DNA of 16,900 nt. It comes from Candidatus Iainarchaeum sp. GTDB lineage: Archaea; Iainarchaeota; Iainarchaeia; Iainarchaeales; GCA-2688035. Below, piece by piece: positions 1 through 6,579 of the stretch. Below the pieces are notes generated by a model that was given only the letters and a program-made list of their open reading frames with translations, made no database searches and was not told where the DNA came from. The position numbers and the translations under genes were made by a program. Position 1 is the first letter of the stretch; every line of letters begins with the position of its first letter. The DNA lies in the NCBI GenBank assembly GCA_028713935.1, contig JAQTNI010000031.1, positions 1 through 16,900 on the forward strand, given 5' to 3'.

Positions 1-661
1 CTTCTCCGAACTCGGTTTCCTTGAATTTTTTGTGCCCAATTCCTCGCGTCAAAAGCTCTTGCATTAAACCTTTTTTCAGCTTGCGTGCTTGCTCAATAAC
101 CTCGTCGGTTTGTTGGATAGCAGAATCAATACAAAACAAAACAGATGCAATATGTGATTGTTCAATCAACGGAGGAGTTGAAATTTTAACTGTTTTTAAT
201 AATTTCATGTTCAGGCCATTTCTTCCTTCTGCTCCTGATAAATTTCTTAACTCAGAATACCTCGATTGCAAATTATAGTAAAGATATTCTGGGACTATTT
301 TATGTTCATTTGGAATTATCCCAACTATAGATTGGTTGCAGGTTGTACTAATTCCCAAAATTCCAACTGTGCCCCTTGTTTTCCCCTGGCCATTCAATGC
401 AATAACAATTGTTTTTTTAGGCAATAATATTGTGTTCGAATTTTGCATTCCTTTTTCTGAAATAAATCCTGTCGTTCTAATAATTAACCCTTGGTGTACG
501 TCCCCTGAAGTCATCCAAGGAATATCTCCGTCCCAGTAATCTTTTACTTTGGTGCTTGGAGTGCTTCCAGTTTTTAAATTTCCAGCATCAGTTAAATCTA
601 AAATGCCCCAATCTTTTGGTATTTTTCCAGATTCAGTTTGTTTGAACTTTTGTTTGAGCAT
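1..661 (-). CDS. hsdS: Type I restriction-modification specificity subunit HsdS (N-terminal part; 3' end lies beyond the left window edge)
   Basis: Absent from the ORF track because it has no in-window stop. The reverse strand from ATG 661-659 is open for 220 codons to position 1: MLKQKFKQTESGKIPKDWGILDLTDAGNLKTGSTPSTKVKDYWDGDIPWMTSGDV...IALNGQGKTRGTVGIL...KISTPPLIEQSHIASVLFCIDSAIQQTDEVIEQARKLKKGLMQELLTRGIGH. This is a target-recognition domain followed by the conserved PPLxEQ...helical spacer typical of HsdS. The start overlaps the upstream gene by 29 nt. Confidence 0.85.
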   Translation of the reverse strand, partial: MLKQKFKQTESGKIPKDWGILDLTDAGNLKTGSTPSTKVKDYWDGDIPWMTSGDVHQGLIIRTTGFISEKGMQNSNTILLPKKTIVIALNGQGKTRGTVGILGISTTCNQSIVGIIPNEHKIVPEYLYYNLQSRYSELRNLSGAEGRNGLNMKLLKTVKISTPPLIEQSHIASVLFCIDSAIQQTDEVIEQARKLKKGLMQELLTRGIGHKKFKETEFGE

Positions 662-1634
662 ACTTTCCCTCAATATTATCAATAATTGCTTTCCCTTGAG
701 TCAAAACTTCTTCATAAGTCATAATCTTAATGTGAGATAATTGGTAGTTCCACTTTCTGATTTTTTTTACTGCTTCGGGTGTTGCATCGTTTCCAATGAT
801 AACAATTCCACGTGGTCGAAGCTCGTTAATTCCTTCTTCATCAGCTATTACTGTGCTATGTGCAGCGGCGATTGCTGATTCCATATAATTAATTAGCTGG
901 TCGACTGCTTGGATAACTTTAGCAGATACGCTTCCATCGGAATTAGTTATTTCATCAGAGATTAATTTTATTTCAACGATATCATTAGTTTTATTATACC
1001 GTTCAAGGTAAAAATCAAATTTGCTGTATGCTCCCCTTAATTTTTGCGGCTCGGCCGTGATATATTCAAGCCCAAAAAGCCAGGAATGCGCATAAAGAAA
1101 CTCTTGTAAATCAGCTTCTGATATTTTTTTTACTTTAACATTTTTAATTTTAGTATCTAATTCTTCAACATCGTTTTTAAAGTCTGGAAGTCGAGTTTTA
1201 CTCAATTCGATTATTTTTTCAGCAACTTTTTTAAGCGCATCGTCACGTTGTTGCTCTACATCCTTTTGGCGAATTTGATAATTTTCAATTAGCTGCTGTT
1301 TTTCATGGAGCTCCATCTGAAGCTGTTGAACCTCGTCTTCAATGGTTGGTTTCCAACCGACAACTTTGGCTATCTTTTTAAGGAAAAAAAGGACTGACTC
1401 TAGATGTGCCAAAGTGTGGAGATTAAAACCATAATTTTTAAACCACTTAGAACCGCCACGCCTAGGTTTTTTGGAGTCGGATAAAAAACGGACAAATTCT
1501 TCGCCAGTTTTTTTATTTTTTGCCGCAAAGATTTTTCCTGAACGATTTTTTTCAGAATAGACTGTTTCTTCTGCTAGCGATTCATAGGGCTCCCCGAGTT
1601 TCATGTCGTGCGCAGGAGTCTTTTCATCAGTCAT
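633..1634 (-). CDS. Shedu-like (DUF4263-type) PD-(D/E)xK nuclease with an unclassified basic plus coiled-coil N-terminal region, embedded in the type I R-M operon
   Basis: 333-aa ORF. The C-terminal half reads EFLYAHSWLFGLEY...KFDFYLERYNKTNDIVEIKL (ExK at 966-974)...QAVDQLINYM...RPRGIVIIGND...KWNYQLSHIKIMTYEEVL. That gives a D..ExK..Q arrangement plus the terminal hhhhG..N..h.hhTY(D/E)xhL signature I associate with DUF4263/SduA. It overlaps the hsdM stop by 8 nt and the hsdS start by 29 nt. Confidence 0.6.
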   Translation of the reverse strand: MTDEKTPAHDMKLGEPYESLAEETVYSEKNRSGKIFAAKNKKTGEEFVRFLSDSKKPRRGGSKWFKNYGFNLHTLAHLESVLFFLKKIAKVVGWKPTIEDEVQQLQMELHEKQQLIENYQIRQKDVEQQRDDALKKVAEKIIELSKTRLPDFKNDVEELDTKIKNVKVKKISEADLQEFLYAHSWLFGLEYITAEPQKLRGAYSKFDFYLERYNKTNDIVEIKLISDEITNSDGSVSAKVIQAVDQLINYMESAIAAAHSTVIADEEGINELRPRGIVIIGNDATPEAVKKIRKWNYQLSHIKIMTYEEVLTQGKAIIDNIEGKYAQTKVQTN

Positions 1635-3318
1635 AATACCCTAACTCCTTTAAGTATTTTTCCAGTTCTTTTTCAGTTTCGTTTCTTTTTAGTTCATTTG
1701 ATCTTAGTTTTAAGTATGCTTCCTTCACATTGATTTTTTCTTCCTGTTCTGTAATGTCAACGTAGCGCGTGACATTTAGATTGTAATCGTTTTCTCCAAT
1801 TTCTTTGAGTGTTGCAACTTTTGCGTATTTTTCAATGTCTTTGAATTCGTCAAAAGCATTCCAAATTTTTTCGAGGTCTGAATCTCTCAAAAAGTTCTGA
1901 GCTTTGCCCTCTTCGAAATCGTTGGCTGCATAAATGAACAAGATTTTGCCTTTGCGCTTGGCTTCCTTTGCACGATTAATAATCAAAATGCAACCTGGTG
2001 AGGGGGTATTGTAGAAAAGGTTTGCTGGCAATGAAATTACTGCTTCAATAAAATCTTTTTCCAAGAATTTTTGTCTAATTGTGCCTTCTTGCCCTCCACG
2101 GAACAACACCCCATTATCAAGTACAATTCCGAGTTGGCCATTATCTTTTAGTGTTGCAAACATGTGTTGAATCCAAGCCCAATCCGCAGTTTTTTGTGGA
2201 GGCAAGCCAAAGGAAAAGCGGCCATATGGGTCTCCTTTGACTAGTTCATCTCTGCCCCATTCATTCTGATTCCACATTGGGTTGGCGATTACTCGATCAA
2301 AGAGCATTAGTTGTCTGTCTTCAAGCAATTTTGGCGTCAGTAATGTGTCGCCTTTTTCTATTCTGGCGTCAAGTACGCCGTGCAATAACAGGTTCATTTT
2401 GCAGATTGCCCAAGTATTAAGGTTTTTTTCTTGGCCATAAAGTGAAATGTTCTGCGGGTTTTTCTTGTGCTCTCGTAAATACCGCACTATTTCAATCAGC
2501 ATTCCGGCGCTGCCCAGGCATGGGTCACAAGCTCGCATTCCCTCTTCCGGTTTGAGCAAGTGAGCAATTAATTGCACCACCTTTTGGGGGGTGTAGAATT
2601 CTCCGCCTTTTTTCCCTGCATCATCAGCAAATTGTTTAATCAAATATTCGTAAGCCCGGCCAAGCAAGTCTGGTTCGGAAAGGTCGGAGTTTCGCAGGCG
2701 ATACGCGCTGAAGTGTAAAATAAGTTTTGATAAAACGCGGTCTGGCAGGCGGTCTTTGTTGTTGAAATCAGTAACTCCTAATACCCCTTCAAGTAAGGGG
2801 TTTTGTTCTTCCAGTGCTTCGTTAGCTTTGTTTATTGCTGCACCAATGTCGCTGGTTGTTTTGCGCAGCTCTTCCCAGCGTGCGCGCGGCGGAACAAAAA
2901 ATTGGTGTTCATCTGGGTCTTCCCAGGCAGCTTTTTTGTTGCCCATTTCTTTTTCGATTTTTTCAGCTTCTTCTTCAAACACATCATTTAAGCGTTTGAG
3001 AAAAAGCATTCCAAAAATGTAATTTTTATAATCTGAAGAATCAATGCTACCGCGCAAAATGTCTGCGGCTTTCCAGAGGTGAGTTTCAAGCTCTTGTTGG
3101 GTTAATTTGGAAGTTGCTTTTTCTTTCGGGATAAATAGGTTTTGACCGCCAACTTTTTGAAGCTCGACGATACCCTCTTCTTTGAGTTCTTGCAAGTACT
3201 TTTCTGCAGTATTCCAAGAAATTCCTATTTTTTTGGCAATCTCTTCAGGGGTTATTGGTTTTTCATGTTTTTTGATTAAATCCAAAATAGCTGCCTTTCT
3301 AATATCTGCCTTTGCCAT
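1627..3318 (-). CDS. hsdM: Type I R-M N6-adenine DNA methyltransferase HsdM with an extra N-terminal winged-HTH domain
   Basis: The track ORF begins at TTG 3327; the first ATG is at 3318 (MAKADIRK...). It has the HsdM N-terminal helix LWKAADILRGSIDSSDYKNYIFGMLFLKRLND and AdoMet motif I RACDPCLGSAGML. Catalytic motif IV appears as NPMW (VIANPMWNQ, 2272-2283). The first ~75 aa, ILDLIKKHEKPITPEEIAKKIGISWNTAEKYLQELKEEGIVE, look like a wHTH. Confidence 0.9.
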   Translation of the reverse strand: MAKADIRKAAILDLIKKHEKPITPEEIAKKIGISWNTAEKYLQELKEEGIVELQKVGGQNLFIPKEKATSKLTQQELETHLWKAADILRGSIDSSDYKNYIFGMLFLKRLNDVFEEEAEKIEKEMGNKKAAWEDPDEHQFFVPPRARWEELRKTTSDIGAAINKANEALEEQNPLLEGVLGVTDFNNKDRLPDRVLSKLILHFSAYRLRNSDLSEPDLLGRAYEYLIKQFADDAGKKGGEFYTPQKVVQLIAHLLKPEEGMRACDPCLGSAGMLIEIVRYLREHKKNPQNISLYGQEKNLNTWAICKMNLLLHGVLDARIEKGDTLLTPKLLEDRQLMLFDRVIANPMWNQNEWGRDELVKGDPYGRFSFGLPPQKTADWAWIQHMFATLKDNGQLGIVLDNGVLFRGGQEGTIRQKFLEKDFIEAVISLPANLFYNTPSPGCILIINRAKEAKRKGKILFIYAANDFEEGKAQNFLRDSDLEKIWNAFDEFKDIEKYAKVATLKEIGENDYNLNVTRYVDITEQEEKINVKEAYLKLRSNELKRNETEKELEKYLKELGYYD

Positions 3319-3351
3319 AAGAATCAATAAACATATTATGGAGCGTCATAG

Positions 3352-3366
3352 TTTTTAAATATATAC
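3352..3366 (-). promoter_or_regulatory. Candidate TATA/BRE box for the hsdM operon
   Basis: The minus strand reads GTATATATTTAAAAA, centred ~41 nt upstream of ATG 3318. This is compatible with a short leader. Confidence 0.3.
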
Positions 3367-3430
3367 TTTTTGGGTTGGGGTTGTGTTTAGCCACCTAGCC
3401 ATAATGGCAATATGCTCTTTCTAGAATTTG

Positions 3431-3461
3431 TTCAACCGGTAGGTTGATTGTAATTCAACCG
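3431..3461. promoter_or_regulatory. Direct repeat TTCAACCG (3431-3438 and 3454-3461), a candidate operator in the divergent hsdM / TrmB-like intergenic region
   Basis: An exact 8-mer occurs twice with 23-nt start-to-start spacing, about two helical turns. It lies immediately upstream of the TATA-like TTATATTA at 3465-3472. Confidence 0.3.
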
Positions 3462-3464
3462 CAG

Positions 3465-3472
3465 TTATATTA
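3465..3472 (+). promoter_or_regulatory. Candidate TATA box for the TrmB-like gene
   Basis: TTATATTA lies 37-44 nt upstream of the in-frame ATG at 3509. It abuts ATG 3473, which argues against 3473 being the true start. Confidence 0.3.
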
Positions 3473-3508
3473 ATGCGGCTGAGTGAAGTAGTTATATACA
3501 GAGAATGT

Positions 3509-4021
3509 ATGGATGAGCGGGTTTTGAGGTTTCGGGAGTTATTCCAAGGGTTAGTGCCGAATTTTGGTTTGTTGCATGCAAAGGCGTGCGTTGCTTTGTT
3601 GTCTGGGGGGATTAAGACTGCAAAAGAATTGTCTCAAGAGACTTTGATTTCTCATAACAAGATTTATTCTGTTTTAAAGGATTTGGCGCGTGAAAAAATT
3701 GTTTTTTGCACTAATGCTGACCCAGTGACTTTTTACATTAAGGATTTTCCAAAGATTTATGAGAAGCTTGTGAATAGGAAGATTTGTTTTTTGCAGAAGC
3801 TTCCGGAAGAATTGGACAAAATGCTCAGCAATGAAAACGAGGCCCTGGAAGAGAAAGAGTATTTGATAAAAGTTTCTGAAAAACAAACACGGTTGTTTGA
3901 TAATAAAAACAAGGTTTTGGTCAAAGAACCCTTGGAAGTAAAGCAAGTGTTAAAGCAATTGAATATTTATATTGAAAAACTCGAACCAAAAAAAGAATAC
4001 ACATACGCGATTTATCATTAG
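3509..4021 (+). CDS. TrmB-like winged-HTH transcriptional regulator (short form: HTH plus coiled coil, no effector domain)
   Basis: FGLLHAKACVALLSGGIKTAKELSQETLISHNKIYSVLKDLAREKIVF matches the TrmB/archaeal wHTH pattern (LGL..EakvY..Ll..g..ta.ela...gi.r..vY.vL..L...G.v). The track ORF starts at 3473; I prefer ATG 3509 because of the TATA position. Either start is possible. Confidence 0.55.
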   Translation: MDERVLRFRELFQGLVPNFGLLHAKACVALLSGGIKTAKELSQETLISHNKIYSVLKDLAREKIVFCTNADPVTFYIKDFPKIYEKLVNRKICFLQKLPEELDKMLSNENEALEEKEYLIKVSEKQTRLFDNKNKVLVKEPLEVKQVLKQLNIYIEKLEPKKEYTYAIYH

Positions 4022-4036
4022 CTCCAATAACAAAGG

Positions 4037-4048
4037 CTTATTAAAAAA
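4037..4048 (+). promoter_or_regulatory. Candidate TATA box for the 264-aa gene
   Basis: CTTATTAAAAAA is centred ~26 nt upstream of ATG 4069, which is leaderless-type spacing. Confidence 0.4.
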
Positions 4049-4068
4049 TCGCGACTAATTAAAATAGA

Positions 4069-4863
4069 ATGTACTTGCAAATTCCAAAAAAGTATACAGT
4101 CAATAAAACTACAATGAATTTGGACTTCTATTACTTGGCGTTAGTAAAAAAGAAGTTCAAAATCCCTACTTTGAGGCCAGATACTTCCAAGATTTCCCAC
4201 TCGAATAAGCTTTATTTCGGAGAATACTATGATGCATTGAGAAAACGCCTCGAAATATTTTGTTTTCAAGAAAGGACAGCAATGGAATTGAATGCACTTC
4301 CAGCAAATAATGATAGTCTATTTCTACTTAGGGTTTTCATTTTTGCTTACATAGTTAATACTTGCGCAATATTGGATAATGTTTGTTGGTGTTTAAACTA
4401 TTTTTATGATCTTAAATGTGACAAATACGACATTGGGATGAGGTTCTCAAATAAAAAAGAGAAAGAATTCTTAAAAAAATTAAATAGAAAGAATGCCAAT
4501 CTCGCACAAAAATTAGATGGAAAAGATATTCAAGAATGGATTGATTGGTTTGAGGAATATCGAGATATAATTCAACACAGATCTATGATTCATGTAATGC
4601 CAGTTCAAGAAGCTGGCAAGCAAATAGCTATAAAAATACCTTCAGATCCAACTCTCGCTGCAGGGGTGCCCGTTAGCAAAGGGGGTAAACTACTTTCGTA
4701 TGAAGAGAATTGGGATAGAATCTACAAAGAGAAGGGGAATCCCTTTATTGAGATCGAAAAATTCTATTGCAATACAACAGAGAAAATAACCAGCATAATT
4801 TCAGCCCTAATGGAAGAAATTTCGGATGGAAAAACTTACTCAGACAGCATCCCAATTGTATAA
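4069..4863 (+). CDS. Hypothetical protein with an HEPN-like Rx4H motif (candidate RNase/toxin)
   Basis: 264 aa. It has a hydrophobic helix FIFAYIVNTCAILDNVCWCLNYFYDL, then a helical segment, then EWIDWFEEYRDIIQHRS with R-x4-H at 4561-4578. This spacing and order are typical of 4-helix HEPN families of the Abi/Cthe_2314/MAE_18760 type. I did not recognise any other domain. Confidence 0.4.
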   Translation: MYLQIPKKYTVNKTTMNLDFYYLALVKKKFKIPTLRPDTSKISHSNKLYFGEYYDALRKRLEIFCFQERTAMELNALPANNDSLFLLRVFIFAYIVNTCAILDNVCWCLNYFYDLKCDKYDIGMRFSNKKEKEFLKKLNRKNANLAQKLDGKDIQEWIDWFEEYRDIIQHRSMIHVMPVQEAGKQIAIKIPSDPTLAAGVPVSKGGKLLSYEENWDRIYKEKGNPFIEIEKFYCNTTEKITSIISALMEEISDGKTYSDSIPIV

Positions 4864-4877
4864 GCTAGAAACAGCAA

Positions 4878-4887
4878 CATATATTAA
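4878..4887 (+). promoter_or_regulatory. Candidate TATA box for the small RHH gene
   Basis: CATATATTAA is centred ~30 nt upstream of ATG 4913. Confidence 0.4.
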
Positions 4888-4912
4888 CACCTATAGTCAT
4901 TATGTAAAGCGT

Positions 4913-5041
4913 ATGCCGTATAGAAGTGGTGTTACTACTATTCAGTTGAGCCCGGATACGAGGGATAAGCTCAAGGATTTGGGTAAGAAAGGCGAGACTT
5001 ACGAGGAAATTATTCTTAGGCTTGTTAAAGCGTATAGGTAG
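4913..5041 (+). CDS. Small ribbon-helix-helix antitoxin-like protein (archaeal putative-antitoxin / VapB-like type)
   Basis: 42 aa: MPYRSGVTTIQLSPDTRDKLKDLGKKGETYEEIILRLVKAYR. The pattern TIxLsxdtxxxLxxLgkkGEtYeevIxRLl matches the short archaeal RHH antitoxin family usually paired with PIN toxins. The track ORF starts at 4826 and overlaps the upstream gene; ATG 4913 has its own TATA. Confidence 0.5.
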   Translation: MPYRSGVTTIQLSPDTRDKLKDLGKKGETYEEIILRLVKAYR

Positions 5042-5094
5042 GCTTTTTGTGTTAAAAGGTTTTCTGCCCAATTTTTTGAATAGGTTTTTAGTCT

Positions 5095-5850
5095 ATGGAT
5101 TGGGTTCTTGCCATTGATAAAATCAAAATGGGACTTAGCAGGAAGCATTTGGTTACTATTTTTGGCTCCTGCGAAGTTGATTACGTTGGCAGAGCCACTA
5201 GCAAGCTTTCCAAGGGTAAAAGACTTGTCTTAATCAAGGGGGATAATTCTATTAGCATTCACCAAAATAGGCTAGTCAGGCCCACAAATTACATGATGAA
5301 CACAAGCATAACAATAGAATCGACAAAACAGGGGGCTGTTTTAACTGCAAAGCGGCTTAATCCGAGAGAAATTATTACTGTAATGTTTGACAAAATTGAT
5401 GATGTTCAATCATATGAAATGGAAATCAGCGACGACCTAAGGCTAAGCGGTTCTGAAAGAGATTTGAATGACATTTTAATGGAAGACTTGTCTATGATAG
5501 AACCAGGATTAAAGCCAATTAACCAGCAGGAGCATTTCAGAAAAGGAATAGCGGACATTATTGCAGAAGACAAACACGGCCACTTGGTGGTTATAGAGCT
5601 AAAGCGTAGGCAAGCTGACTATGCGAGCGTAACCCAATTGCAAAGGTATATGCAAGAAGTTCAATCAATCAAAAACTGCAAAGCAAGAGGTATACTATTG
5701 GCTCCAAGCATAAGAAAAAATGCCTTAGAATTATTAGAAAAAAATGGTTTGGAATTCGCAAAAATAGATTTTGAATTAAAGCCCTCAAGCAAAGAAAAAG
5801 CGCACATCAAAGGGTTACAGAAGAAGCAGCAAACCTTGGACAAATTCTAG
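5095..5850 (+). CDS. nucS: Endonuclease NucS / EndoMS (mismatch-specific PD-(D/E)xK endonuclease), full length
   Basis: The N-terminal domain reads CEVDYVGRATSKLSKGKRLVLIKGDNSISIHQNRLVRP. The C-terminal nuclease reads GIADIIAEDKHGHLVVIELKRRQADYASVTQLQRY. The C-terminal tail GLQKKQQTLDKF (QQTLDKF at 5827-5847) resembles the PCNA-interacting tail of archaeal NucS. Confidence 0.9.
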   Translation: MDWVLAIDKIKMGLSRKHLVTIFGSCEVDYVGRATSKLSKGKRLVLIKGDNSISIHQNRLVRPTNYMMNTSITIESTKQGAVLTAKRLNPREIITVMFDKIDDVQSYEMEISDDLRLSGSERDLNDILMEDLSMIEPGLKPINQQEHFRKGIADIIAEDKHGHLVVIELKRRQADYASVTQLQRYMQEVQSIKNCKARGILLAPSIRKNALELLEKNGLEFAKIDFELKPSSKEKAHIKGLQKKQQTLDKF

Positions 5851-5953
5851 TAAAAAATCCAAAAATTGGGGGTCTAACAGTTACTATTTTAAATGCTATG
5901 TTGAATACTGGGGCAGGGCTGCGAGCAAGCTTCCAAAGGGAAAACGCCTGTTA

Positions 5954-6568
5954 ATGATTAAGGGGGATTCTTCTTTTGCAATTCACCAGAACAGGCTTTT
6001 GAGGCCTGCTAATTACATGATGAATGCATCTGTTTCAAATGAAATCGAGGGAAACACTCTTGTGATTACTGCGCGCAAGGCAAAGCCGAGGGAAATAATA
6101 AAGGCTGTTTTTTATTGCATTGATGACGTAAGGGCATATGAAATGGACTCAGTTTCCGACATAAGACTTTTTGGCTCTGAAAAAGAGTTAAGCGATGAGT
6201 TGATGCAGGACCTTGGCTTTCTTGAAAAAGGCTTAAAACCCCTGAACCAGGAAGAAGTGCTGCGCAAAGGCCTTGTTGATATTCTCGCAGAGGATTCAAA
6301 AGGCAGGCTTGTTGTAATTGAACTGAAACGCAGGCAGGCAGATTTTAATGCTGTGCAGCAATTGAAGCGTTACATGGACCAGGTCAAAAATCTCAAGGGG
6401 ATAGAAACAAGGGGGATTTTGATTGCCCCGGATATAAGGAAAAACGCGCATGAGCTTCTTGAAAAATACGGGCTTGAATTTTTCCACCTTGATTTTGAAA
6501 TAGGCAATCCCAAAGCAAAAATAAAGGGACTGCAGAAAAAACAGCAGACAATTGACAAATTTTGTTAA
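5954..6568 (+). CDS. Second NucS/EndoMS paralog, 5'-truncated relative to the family (possible pseudogene or N-terminally shortened isoform)
   Basis: About 60% aa identity by eye to the upstream NucS. Catalytic residues are retained (VDILAEDSKGRLVVIELKRRQADFNAVQQLKRY) along with the tail GLQKKQQTIDKFC. In-frame homology continues upstream of ATG 5954 to about 5882 (YYFKCYVEYWGRAASKLPKGKRLL), but that stretch back to the in-frame stop at 5777-5779 contains no ATG/GTG/TTG. Confidence 0.75.
   Translation: MIKGDSSFAIHQNRLLRPANYMMNASVSNEIEGNTLVITARKAKPREIIKAVFYCIDDVRAYEMDSVSDIRLFGSEKELSDELMQDLGFLEKGLKPLNQEEVLRKGLVDILAEDSKGRLVVIELKRRQADFNAVQQLKRYMDQVKNLKGIETRGILIAPDIRKNAHELLEKYGLEFFHLDFEIGNPKAKIKGLQKKQQTIDKFC
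6518..6562 (+). repeat. Left copy of a direct repeat: the nucS-2 3' end encoding KIKGLQKKQQTIDKF
   Basis: It shares an exact 18-mer CAGAAAAAACAGCAGACA (6533-6550) and flanking similarity with 8532-8579. Confidence 0.6.
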
Positions 6569-6579
6569 GTTGCTGATTC

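Noticed and set aside
21-740. Three plus-strand ORFs in the track (21-278, 336-539, 549-740).
   Set aside because: Their products are low-complexity and hydrophobic. They lie antisense to a continuous 220-codon minus-strand frame with clear HsdS motifs, so they are shadow ORFs.
2756-3022. Antisense ORFs inside hsdM (2756-3022, 2803-2991). Similar ORFs lie inside the TrmB-like gene (3674-3946), nucS genes (5661-5843, 6066-6558) and the 418-aa gene (7241-7827). Others lie in the TA pair (8031-8348), xpd (9229-10806), valS (11362-13666), pdaD (14073-14453), eno (14580-15378) and ykgJ (16046-16273).
   Set aside because: All overlap longer ORFs with strong family motifs on the opposite strand or in another frame. 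Their translations are low-complexity (F/L/S/C-rich), as expected for shadow frames in AT-rich DNA.
3319-3327. TTG start at 3327 for hsdM (track translation MILMAKAD...).
   Set aside because: An ATG follows three codons later (3318, MAKADIRK). The TTG is probably just the first permissive codon of the open frame. The effect on the product is negligible.
4826-4912. Longer 71-aa version of the small RHH ORF starting at ATG 4826 and overlapping the 264-aa gene by 38 nt.
   Set aside because: The extra 29 residues (MEKLTQTASQLYKLETATYINTYSHYVKR) have no RHH-family counterpart. A TATA-like box at 4878-4887 sits inside them at the correct distance from ATG 4913.
5843-5953. A NucS1-NucS2 fusion by +1 frameshift or read-through across the TAG-TAA stops at 5848-5853.
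   Set aside because: Two consecutive stops end copy 1 after a complete C-terminal tail, and the in-frame linker (NSSKKSKNWGSNS) has no family counterpart. A tandem, 5'-truncated second copy explains the data better.
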